Assembly (NCBI GenBank): GCA_031272005.1
Contig: JAISUQ010000029.1
Location: forward strand, 1 to 40,969
DNA length: 40,969 nucleotides
Direction: 5' to 3'
DNA from: Coriobacteriales bacterium
GTDB lineage: Bacteria > Actinomycetota > Coriobacteriia > Coriobacteriales > UBA8131
Shown one piece after another: positions 10,935 through 18,806 of the stretch. Under the pieces are notes generated by a model. That model worked only from the letters and a program-made list of their open reading frames with translations, did no database searches and was not told the DNA's origin. A program made the position numbers and the translations under genes. How positions within the stretch are numbered: position 1 is the first letter of the stretch; every line of letters begins with the position of its first letter.

Positions 10935-11579
10935 CTACCTCACGGCGCTGTCTGCTGCGATGGCAAACAGCAGGTCGCCGTACTCCGCCAACCGACCGTT
11001 CTCCGCCGGCGCGGCGGTGATGGTACCGCCAACCGGCGCTGTAACCTGGTTGAAGGTCTTCATCGCCTCAATCAGGCAGAGCACATCGCCAGCGTTGACA
11101 TGTTCGCCTACCGTTGCATAAGGCTCGCTGCCCGGCTCGGCACTGCGATAGATGATGCCCAGCAAAGGCGCCGTAACCAGGATGTCTGAGGGATTTATGG
11201 CGGAGAAGGTCGTGTTGTTGGCAGCGCTGCCAACGGGGGAGCCAGAAGGGCTGCCGGCAGCTTGGTTGCCCGCGGCGTGATTGCTGACGAGAGTACCGCC
11301 GCCGCCTGCACCGTCAGCTCCGCCAACACCGCCCGCACCGAATGCACTAACGCGGCCATCCACACCTGCTCCAGCATCGCTAAACAGCGTGGAGGCATCT
11401 CCCAGCAACTGCCCACTCGTCGCACCAGCGGTCAGATGGCTGGCAGCTGCGGGGTAGCCCAGATACTGGATGTTGACCGGCTGTCGTTCGAGGACAAGGC
11501 GCACACCACCCTCCTCATATTCGAGGCGGGTCAGGTTATGCGATTCGAACAGAGCAGCCAGTTCTTCTGGCGACCTCAT
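10935..11579 (-). CDS. accB: Biotin carboxyl carrier protein with an extended Gly/Ala-rich linker
   Basis: C-terminal biotinyl domain with CLIEAMKTFNQV (the EAMK biotinylation motif). Confidence 0.88.
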   Translation of the reverse strand: MRSPEELAALFESHNLTRLEYEEGGVRLVLERQPVNIQYLGYPAAASHLTAGATSGQLLGDASTLFSDAGAGVDGRVSAFGAGGVGGADGAGGGGTLVSNHAAGNQAAGSPSGSPVGSAANNTTFSAINPSDILVTAPLLGIIYRSAEPGSEPYATVGEHVNAGDVLCLIEAMKTFNQVTAPVGGTITAAPAENGRLAEYGDLLFAIAADSAVR

Positions 11580-11815
11580 GCCTTCAGGGAGTCGATGAGC
11601 GAAACGACGTCGCCAACGGTCTTCAAGCCCTCGGCATCGGCCGCCTCAATGGTCACGCCGAACTCGTCTTCCAGCGACATAATCAGCTCCACGGCGTCCA
11701 GCGAGTCCGCACCCAAGTCGTCCGCGATGTCTGATTCCAGCTTGATATCCGCAGCGTCCAGGCTCAGCTGGGCCACCAGCACCTTCTGAATCGCCTCAAA
11801 CGTACCATCTGCCAT
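11576..11815 (-). CDS. acpP: Acyl carrier protein
   Basis: MADGTFEAIQKV...LGADSLDAVELIM has the DSL phosphopantetheine site. A GAAGG RBS lies 6-7 nt upstream of the 11815 ATG. The ORF-track start at 11857 adds 14 unlikely residues. Confidence 0.88.
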   Translation of the reverse strand: MADGTFEAIQKVLVAQLSLDAADIKLESDIADDLGADSLDAVELIMSLEDEFGVTIEAADAEGLKTVGDVVSLIDSLKA

Positions 11816-11865
11816 CTGCCAACCTTCTTTCATCCACACCAGGCGACGCCCTGCCAACCAAAGAA

Positions 11866-11912
11866 ACTTAAAATTCTTTAAGTATTATTCGCCCCTTGCC
11901 CCACTTTGTCAA
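11866..11912 (-). promoter_or_regulatory. Candidate sigma-70-type promoter of the FAS operon plus an adjacent 7-4-7 palindromic operator
   Basis: The minus strand reads TTGACA (11912-11907), a 17-nt spacer, then AATAAT (11889-11884). ACTTAAAGAATTTTAAGT follows immediately (11883-11866), with perfect ACTTAAA/TTTAAGT arms. It lies about 60 nt upstream of the acpP ATG. Confidence 0.55.
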
Positions 11913-12268
11913 GTGGGATCACTACAGGCTCTTGAAAACACTCTCCACAGCTACACCGCCAAGGTGTTTGGATACAAAATCGATTTCTTTGCGCGCTGGG
12001 GAAAGGTGTCGAGATGAACGCGACAAAATGTATACCTTTCGTCGCGTATGCACGATAAAACGTAGGGGTGCGTGTTGCGCGGTGCCGCGGGATGAGCCAT
12101 TCCCGGGCTTGCGTGAGAAGCTCGGTGGAAGTGCCGCCGGGATGACACGGTTTTGACATTCTCGCTTGATAAGTTGGGGGTGCGGACAATATCGCTTAGT
12201 AACGGCACAATTCTGAAGTGAGCAATTGTATGGACACCCAACCTGTTATAATCTGGCAAGAAGGAATA

Positions 12269-12484
12269 ATGAAGCAAACAGAGAAATATCAGAACTTGAT
12301 TATCGTAGCTGCTATTGACGGCTATTCGAATAAGCATGGCTTGTCCCCCAGTGATACATTCAAACTATTTCGCAGGTATGATGTCTTTGAGGCTCTCCGT
12401 CAGAGTGCTGACAGCCTGCACACGCAAAGCTTCGACGATAGCGCCGACTTTGCCGAAGACTTCATTGCGAGGATGTCTAAGTGA
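12269..12484 (+). CDS. DUF3791-like small protein (triad 1, first gene)
   Basis: MKQTEKYQNLIIVAAIDGYSNKHGLSPSDTFKLFRRYDVFEAL. A GAAGGA RBS precedes the 12269 ATG. The stop overlaps the next start (GTGA). Confidence 0.65.
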   Translation: MKQTEKYQNLIIVAAIDGYSNKHGLSPSDTFKLFRRYDVFEALRQSADSLHTQSFDDSADFAEDFIARMSK

Positions 12485-12963
12485 CAACATTGCGTCTCTA
12501 TCATGGCTCGAACTGCGATTTTTCTCGTATTGATTTGAACCATTCACGAGACAAACGCGATTTTAGCAAGGGGTTTTATGCAACAACCCTGCGCGAACAA
12601 GCTGAAAGTTGGGCCGCAACAACACATTTGCGCTATGATGGCGAGGGCAAGTTCCTTTACCTGCTCGATTTGAATCTTGACCCAAGCCTTGCAATATTGG
12701 AATTCGATGGTATTACTGCAGATTGGCTGGAGATGGTTAAGGAAAACCGCATCAAAGGTGGTTTGCAACATTCGTACGATATTGTGCGTGGGCCTGTGGC
12801 TGATGACGATACGATGCCGACACTTTCCCTATACGTTGATGGTTTGCTGAGCGTGGAAGCAACTATGCGTCAACTGGAGTATTCCAAGCCCAACGACCAA
12901 GTGTCATTGCATACACCGATTGCCCTGCAAAAGCTGGAATTGGTTGGAAAAGTGCGCTTATGA
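12481..12963 (+). CDS. DUF3990-family protein (triad 1, central gene)
   Basis: GTG start. TLRLYHGSNCDF...RDFSKGFYATT...DIVRGPVADDD is the pattern I recognise as DUF3990. Confidence 0.7.
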   Translation: MTTLRLYHGSNCDFSRIDLNHSRDKRDFSKGFYATTLREQAESWAATTHLRYDGEGKFLYLLDLNLDPSLAILEFDGITADWLEMVKENRIKGGLQHSYDIVRGPVADDDTMPTLSLYVDGLLSVEATMRQLEYSKPNDQVSLHTPIALQKLELVGKVRL

Positions 12964-13199
12964 GCCAACACTATTTCTACAAAGAGAAGAACCTGACTTC
13001 GATTATCCTGCTCAAGACCGAGAAAGTAGTCGAATTGATAGCTGCAAGAGAAGGCATAGACTTCGAGTCGGCGCTGGAGAAGTTCCTGGACTCGAAAACC
13101 TACGAGTCGCTCTGCAACCCAGACACCCTGCTTTGGTCTGAGAGCTCCCCTTTCATCCTGGATGATTACCTGAGAGAGTTGTCGGTTTCCGGCCGTTGA
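12960..13199 (+). CDS. DUF3791-like small protein (triad 1, third gene)
   Basis: ATGA overlap with the DUF3990 gene. KVVELIAAREGIDFESALEKFLDSKTYESL parallels the first gene and the 23619..23876 product. Confidence 0.65.
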   Translation: MSQHYFYKEKNLTSIILLKTEKVVELIAAREGIDFESALEKFLDSKTYESLCNPDTLLWSESSPFILDDYLRELSVSGR

Positions 13200-13278
13200 A
13201 CCAATTGCGCTGCTGGTATACTATGTTAACTTGCGCCGCGAGGCGCTTATCTCCGCTGATTACTCCCTAAGGAGCGCT

Positions 13279-14145
13279 GTGTTTGGTTTAGGTGGATTCG
13301 AGATTGCGATTATCGCGCTGTTCGGATTCCTGATATTCGGGCCGGATAAGTTGCCGCAGATTGCCCGTACCATCGGCCGGGCGATGCGGCAGTTCCGCAG
13401 TGCCCAGGAGCAGATGAACAAGGTCATCAAGGCCGAGGTCTATGACCCTTTGAAGGACATCGAGCCGATTGCCAACCCCTTCGCCGGCCTCAATCTGGAA
13501 GACGCCCTGACCGGCAAGAAGAGCGACAAAGCGGCGGAGAAGAAAGACGACAAGAAAGCCGATAAGCCTGCTGCGTTGAAGTCGGGCGATAAGACCGCTG
13601 GCAAGGCTGGCAGAAGCAAGGCTGGCGACAAGTCCGGTAAAGCCGATACTACAACTGAGGACGCCAAGCCGATTCCGGCTGACGCCATGCAGGCAGCCAT
13701 CGCTGGGCAGGCCAGCAAGGCCAAGGAGGCGGCTGCCAAGTCGGCCAAGTCGGCCAAGGCGGCTGAGAAGCGGGCTGGCGGATCGGCTGGCGCCGGGGCA
13801 GGCGGGTCAGCCACCGCAGGCGGGGCAGCCACCGCAGGCGGAGCGGCTGCTGTCGCGTCTGCCACCACCAACACCACCAGCAAAGCGTCAACTGAGAGCT
13901 TCGCCGAGCGCCGCGCCCGGCTGGAGCGGGAGCACGCCGCTGCCAAGGCGGCCAAGGCTGCCGAAGCAGCCGCAGACGGCGGCGCATCATCTGACACTGC
14001 GTCTGCCGGCGCCGCGCCTGCCAACGCCACCACCGGCGCTGCGACTGCCGCTGCCGCTGCTGGAGCCGCAACTGCCTCAACAGACAGCACGCCTGATGCG
14101 CCCGCAACCGCTTCTGGCTCAGCCGCCGATGGAGGTGGCCGGTAA
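13279..14145 (+). CDS. tatA: Twin-arginine translocase TatA/TatB-family subunit with a ~230-aa Lys/Ala-rich tail
   Basis: GTG at 13279 lies 4 nt after AAGGAG. (M)FGLGGFEIAIIALFGFLIFGPDKLP is the canonical TatA TM-hinge-amphipathic helix. The remainder is low complexity. Confidence 0.85.
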   Translation: MFGLGGFEIAIIALFGFLIFGPDKLPQIARTIGRAMRQFRSAQEQMNKVIKAEVYDPLKDIEPIANPFAGLNLEDALTGKKSDKAAEKKDDKKADKPAALKSGDKTAGKAGRSKAGDKSGKADTTTEDAKPIPADAMQAAIAGQASKAKEAAAKSAKSAKAAEKRAGGSAGAGAGGSATAGGAATAGGAAAVASATTNTTSKASTESFAERRARLEREHAAAKAAKAAEAAADGGASSDTASAGAAPANATTGAATAAAAAGAATASTDSTPDAPATASGSAADGGGR

Positions 14146-15014
14146 TGCCAGTCGGACAAGCCCGGATGCCGCTGTTTGACCACATCGGCGAACTGCGCCG
14201 CCGGATGACGGTCATCGTGGTTGCCCTGCTCATCGCCACCATGGCGCTTTACTTCATCTCGCCGATGCTGATCCTGTTCATCGTTCAACCGGTGACTGAA
14301 TACATCAACGGCGGCGAGCCGGTGACCACGCTGGAGGCTCTGCAGCCCATCCTCTATCAGCTCGACCCGCTGGGCGGCTTCTCGCTGCGTTTCAAGGTGG
14401 CGCTGGTCTTCGGCATCCTGGTCACCAGCCCCATCTGGATCTGGCAGCTGCTGGGCTTCTTCGTGCCGGCCCTCAAGCCCAACGAGCGCAAATGGGTACT
14501 GCCCACCTTCTTCGCCGCCGTGCTGTTGTTCGCCTTTGGCATGGTCTTTTGCTACATGCTGATCCTCGACCCGGCCTTCCAGTTCCTGGTCGGCCAGATT
14601 GAGGACTACGCCAGCGTCTTTCCCAACGCCACCGACTATATCAACGTCATCCTGCTGTTTGAGATCGGCTTCGGTGTGGCCTTTGAGCTGCCGCTGGTCG
14701 TCTTCTACCTCACGGTCTTCAACATCGTGCCCTACAAGAAACTGCGCGCCAGTTGGCGAGTGGTATATATAGTGCTGCTGGTGGTCTGCGCCATGGTCAC
14801 GCCGGATGCCAATCCGGTGACCATGCTGCTGATGTTCGCGGCCATGGCCGTGCTTTACGAGGCTTCGTTGTTCATCTCGCGCATCGTGCTGGCCCGCCGC
14901 ATCGCCCGCCAGAAAGCGGCGGAGGCCGGCGAGCTGGACGAGGACGAAGACGACGATGACGATGACGAGGGCGATGAAGACGAAGACGAAGACGAAGACG
15001 AGGACGCGAGCTGA
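14145..15014 (+). CDS. tatC: Twin-arginine translocase subunit TatC with a poly-Asp/Glu C-terminal tail
   Basis: PLFDHIGELRRR start, a six-TM profile, TAATG overlap with tatA. The tail is DEDEDDDDDDEGDEDEDEDEDEDAS. Confidence 0.9.
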   Translation: MPVGQARMPLFDHIGELRRRMTVIVVALLIATMALYFISPMLILFIVQPVTEYINGGEPVTTLEALQPILYQLDPLGGFSLRFKVALVFGILVTSPIWIWQLLGFFVPALKPNERKWVLPTFFAAVLLFAFGMVFCYMLILDPAFQFLVGQIEDYASVFPNATDYINVILLFEIGFGVAFELPLVVFYLTVFNIVPYKKLRASWRVVYIVLLVVCAMVTPDANPVTMLLMFAAMAVLYEASLFISRIVLARRIARQKAAEAGELDEDEDDDDDDEGDEDEDEDEDEDAS

Positions 15015-15359
15015 GTGCATGAGTTCTCGCTGATGCAGAGTGTGTTGGACACTGTGGAGGCCTCGGCGCGGGATGCCGGGGCCGAACGCGTTACTGTCAT
15101 CAAGCTGGTAATCGGCGAGATGAGCGAGGTGGTGGAAGAAGCGATGGAGTTCGCCTTTGAGGCCCTCTCTCCGCAAACCTTAAGCGCAGGAGCCGCGCTG
15201 GAGATGCGCATCGTACGCCCGCGCTCGCGCTGCGCGGCCTGCGGCCAGGAATTCGAGCACGACCGCTACCACCGCGCCTGTCCCCACTGCGGCTCCCTGG
15301 CCTGCGAGCTGATAGCCGGTCGGGAGTTATATATAGATGCAATCGAGATAGAGAATTAG
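15015..15359 (+). CDS. hypA: Hydrogenase/urease nickel-insertion protein HypA
   Basis: (M)HEFSLMQSVLD N-terminus with a GTG start. CAACG...CPHCG zinc motif. Confidence 0.88.
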   Translation: MHEFSLMQSVLDTVEASARDAGAERVTVIKLVIGEMSEVVEEAMEFAFEALSPQTLSAGAALEMRIVRPRSRCAACGQEFEHDRYHRACPHCGSLACELIAGRELYIDAIEIEN

Positions 15360-15372
15360 ATAGAGAACCGCC

Positions 15373-16041
15373 ATGCAACTGGACATCCATAAACCCATCC
15401 TGGACCTCAACGACCGTCTGGCTGCGGAGAACCGCGCCCGCCTCGACGAGCACGGCATCTACCTGCTCGATCTTCTGGCCTCGCCCGGCGCCGGCAAGAC
15501 CTCGTTGATCCTGGCCAGCATCGAGCGCCTGCGTCAGCGCTATCGCATCGCCGTCATCGAGGGCGACATCGCCAGCGACGTCGACTCCCAGAAGATCAAA
15601 GCCCAGGGCATCCCGGCAGTGCAGATCAATACCGGCGGTGCCTGCCATCTGGAGTCAGCGATGGTCAAGCGCGCCCTGGACGCCTTGGACCTCTCCCAAT
15701 TAGACCTGATTATCGTGGAGAACGTCGGCAACCTGGTCTGCCCCACCGATTTCTACCTGGGGGAGGACGCCAAGGTGATGATCCTCTCCGTCCCTGAAGG
15801 GCATGATAAGCCGCTCAAGTATCCGGGCATCTTCCAGGTCGCCCGCGCCGTTATCCTCAATAAGATAGACACCATGCCGGTCTTTGATTTCGATGAGCGG
15901 GCCTTCAGGCAAAGCGTGCAGGACCTCAATCCGCAGGCGCCGGTCTTCCCGCTCAGCGCCACCACGGGCAAAGGATTGGAACTTTGGGTACAATGGCTGG
16001 CTGGGGAAGTTGACAGGAAGTCAGAGCCTGACGACAGCTGA
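15373..16041 (+). CDS. hypB: Nickel-dependent GTPase HypB
   Basis: ASPGAGKTSL P-loop, ENVGNLVCP and NKID motifs. Confidence 0.9.
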   Translation: MQLDIHKPILDLNDRLAAENRARLDEHGIYLLDLLASPGAGKTSLILASIERLRQRYRIAVIEGDIASDVDSQKIKAQGIPAVQINTGGACHLESAMVKRALDALDLSQLDLIIVENVGNLVCPTDFYLGEDAKVMILSVPEGHDKPLKYPGIFQVARAVILNKIDTMPVFDFDERAFRQSVQDLNPQAPVFPLSATTGKGLELWVQWLAGEVDRKSEPDDS

Positions 16042-16171
16042 TGGCAACTGACGGCAGCAGACGGCAGTTGACCGCGTGGCACCAGCCGCCACCAGCCAGC
16101 CAGCCGCCACCAGCCAGCTGCCAGTCGCCGGCCGTCTGCCGCCAGGCAAGCATTTGTATTGGAGATCAGTT

Positions 16172-18793
16172 TTGCGTCTAGTCATCACAGAGAAGAATAT
16201 CGCCGCCAAAAAGATTGCTGAGCTGCTGGCCACCGGCAAGCCCAGGATTGACAAGGTCTACGACACCCAGGTCTACCGCTTCGAGCGCGACGGCGAGGAG
16301 TGGGTCAGCATCGGGCTGAAGGGCCACATCCTGTCCGTGGATTTTGTGGAGAGCATCCGCTGGTCCAAGAAGCAGGGTTGGTACTCGGTGGATGAGGACG
16401 GCGTGCTGACCAGCTTTGAGCTGCCATCCACCCTGGCCACGCCGCCGTTCAAGAAGAAGAAGCCCTTCTCCGAGGACGGCGTGGACCTCAAGGCCTGGAA
16501 GGTGGGGGCGCTGCCGTATCTGGTCTATGCGCCGCTGCGCAAGCTGCCGGCCGAGAAGGGCATCATCCGCTCGATGAAGAACCTGGCCGCCAAGGCCGAT
16601 AGCGTGATTATCGCCACCGACTTCGACCGCGAAGGCGAGCTGATTGGCGCGGATGCCCTGTCGGTGGTGCGCGAGGTGGCGCCGGATTTGCCGGCCACAC
16701 GCGCACGCTATTCTGCTATCACCAAGGAGGAGATCAACCACGCCTTCGCCAATGAGGTGACGCTGGATGTCGACCTGGCCCAGGCCGGCGAGTCCCGCCA
16801 GTGGATCGACCTGATCTGGGGTGCGGTGCTGACCCGCTTCTTGACCATCTCCAAGTTCGCCGGCTTTGGCAACGTGCGTCCCTCCGGGCGGGTGCAGACG
16901 CCAACCTTGGCGTTGATTGTCGCCCGCGAGATGGAGCGGCGGGCCTTTGTCCCCGAGGATTACTGGGTAATCAAGGCCAGCTTCGATGCCGATGCTGCCG
17001 CCACGCCCGAGCAGCCCGTCCAGCCCTTCGAGGCCGGCCACGCCACCGAGCGCTTCAAGGTGGAGGCCGAGGCCAACGCCGCCATGGCTGCCATCGACGG
17101 CGCCACCAGCGGCACCGTCAGCAGCATCGAGAAGAAGGAGCGCCGCGTCCCGCCGCCAACGCCGTTCAACACCACCTCCCTGCAAGCCGCCGCCGCCGCC
17201 GAGGGTCTGGCACCCGGGCGCACCATGCGTATCGCCGAGTCGCTGTACATGGACGGCTTCATCTCCTACCCACGTGTCGACAACACCGTCTATCCGGCCT
17301 CGCTGGATCTGGCCGGCACCGTCAAGATGCTCAAAGGCGTGCCCGCCTACGCTCCCTATGCCGACCAGCTGCTGGCCAAGGCGGCCGGCGGCAAGCTCAG
17401 CGCCACCCGTGGCAAGACCGAGACCACCGATCACCCGCCCATCTATCCCACCGGCGTCGCTTCTCCGGAGAAGCTCAAGCCGGAGGAGTGGAAGCTTTAC
17501 AACCTGATTGCCCGCCGCTTCATGGCTACGCTGTCCGGCCCGGCCACGGTGGAGGGCACCAAGGTCTCCATCGACGTCGCCGGCCAGCCCTTCGTGGCCA
17601 AAGGCGACGTGCTGGTGCAACCGGGCTTCAGGGCCATCTACCCCTACGGCCTGAAGAAGGACGAGCAGCTGCCCGCGCTTGCCCAGGGCCAGCGGGTGGC
17701 CTTCTTCGGTGCCACGCTGACCAAGAAGCAGACCGAGCCGCCCGCCCGCTTCTCCCAGGGTCGCCTGGTGCAGGAGATGGAGAAGCACGGCCTGGGCACC
17801 AAATCCACCCGCGCCTCGATCATCGACCGCCTGATTGCCGTGCGCTACATCCAAAACGACCCGGTGGAGCCCACCGCCCTGGGCATCGCCGTCATCGAGG
17901 CCTTAGGCCGCTTCGCCCCCCATATCACCACGCCGGAGATGACCGCTCAGCTGGAGGAGGAGATGAGCGCCATCGCCGCCGGTGCCAGCAGCCGGGACAA
18001 AGTGGTCAACCATTCCCGCAACCTGCTGGCCGACATCATGGACGAGCTGATTCCGGCCAAGGAGGAGGTCGGCGAGGCGCTGGAGGACGCCGTCACCGCC
18101 GATGCCCGCGTGGGCGCCTGCCCCACCTGCGGCAAGGACCTGCTGATGAAGCACTCGGCCAAGAACCGCTCCAGTTTCATCGGTTGCTCCGGCTGGCCGG
18201 AGTGCGCGGTCACCTATCCGGTGCCGCAAGGCCGCATCGAGCCGGTGGATGACCTCTGCCCCACCTGCGGCAAGCCCCAGATCAAGGTGACGCCGTTTCG
18301 CTCCAAGCCGCATCTGCAATGCGTCGACCCGCACTGCCCAACCAACCATGAGCCGGACCTCAAGGTGGGGGACTGCCCCATCTGCGCCGCCGCCGGCCGC
18401 ACAGGCGCACTGATTGCCCAGAAGAACCCACGCACCCTAAAGCGCTTCATCCGCTGCACCAACTATGAGCTCTGCAACGTCTCCTACCCGCTGCCGCAGC
18501 GGGGCAAGCTGGAGGCCACCGGCCAGGTCTGCGAGGCCTGTGGGGCGCCAAAGGTGATAGTCAACACCACCCGCGGCCCCTGGGAGCTCTGCCCCAATCT
18601 GGAATGCCCCCTGCGCGAAGAGCGCGAAAAAGCCAAAGCGGCGGAGAAGGCCGCCGGCAAGTCTGGCAAGTCGGCCAAGAAGCCAGCCGTCAGGAAGTCC
18701 ACCAAGTCCGCAAAGTCCGCGAAGTCCGCGAAGAAGGCCCCCGCGGCCAGCAAGGCCACCAATGCCGCCGAGGCCGCCGAGGCCACCGAGTAG
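16172..18793 (+). CDS. topA: Type IA DNA topoisomerase with four C-terminal zinc ribbons and a Lys-rich tail
   Basis: TTG at 16172 lies 7 nt after GGAG and gives (M)RLVITEKNIAAKKIA (TOPRIM). DFDREGE is present, and the active-site region has GFISYPR. There are four CxxC...C..C modules. The ORF-track start at 16076 adds a repeat-derived leader. Confidence 0.85.
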   Translation: MRLVITEKNIAAKKIAELLATGKPRIDKVYDTQVYRFERDGEEWVSIGLKGHILSVDFVESIRWSKKQGWYSVDEDGVLTSFELPSTLATPPFKKKKPFSEDGVDLKAWKVGALPYLVYAPLRKLPAEKGIIRSMKNLAAKADSVIIATDFDREGELIGADALSVVREVAPDLPATRARYSAITKEEINHAFANEVTLDVDLAQAGESRQWIDLIWGAVLTRFLTISKFAGFGNVRPSGRVQTPTLALIVAREMERRAFVPEDYWVIKASFDADAAATPEQPVQPFEAGHATERFKVEAEANAAMAAIDGATSGTVSSIEKKERRVPPPTPFNTTSLQAAAAAEGLAPGRTMRIAESLYMDGFISYPRVDNTVYPASLDLAGTVKMLKGVPAYAPYADQLLAKAAGGKLSATRGKTETTDHPPIYPTGVASPEKLKPEEWKLYNLIARRFMATLSGPATVEGTKVSIDVAGQPFVAKGDVLVQPGFRAIYPYGLKKDEQLPALAQGQRVAFFGATLTKKQTEPPARFSQGRLVQEMEKHGLGTKSTRASIIDRLIAVRYIQNDPVEPTALGIAVIEALGRFAPHITTPEMTAQLEEEMSAIAAGASSRDKVVNHSRNLLADIMDELIPAKEEVGEALEDAVTADARVGACPTCGKDLLMKHSAKNRSSFIGCSGWPECAVTYPVPQGRIEPVDDLCPTCGKPQIKVTPFRSKPHLQCVDPHCPTNHEPDLKVGDCPICAAAGRTGALIAQKNPRTLKRFIRCTNYELCNVSYPLPQRGKLEATGQVCEACGAPKVIVNTTRGPWELCPNLECPLREEREKAKAAEKAAGKSGKSAKKPAVRKSTKSAKSAKSAKKAPAASKATNAAEAAEATE

Positions 18794-18806
18794 AGAGCTG
18801 CCGAGA

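Noticed and set aside
13440-15176. 578-aa minus-strand ORF, the longest ORF in this part of the track
   Set aside because: It is antisense to tatA and tatC. Its translation is low-complexity mirror sequence with no recognisable motifs, whereas the plus-strand genes have canonical TatA and TatC signatures. This is a typical high-GC shadow ORF.
16178-17854. 558-aa minus-strand ORF
   Set aside because: It is antisense to the topoisomerase gene and is Gly/Arg/Leu/Ala-rich with no domain signature. This is a shadow ORF.
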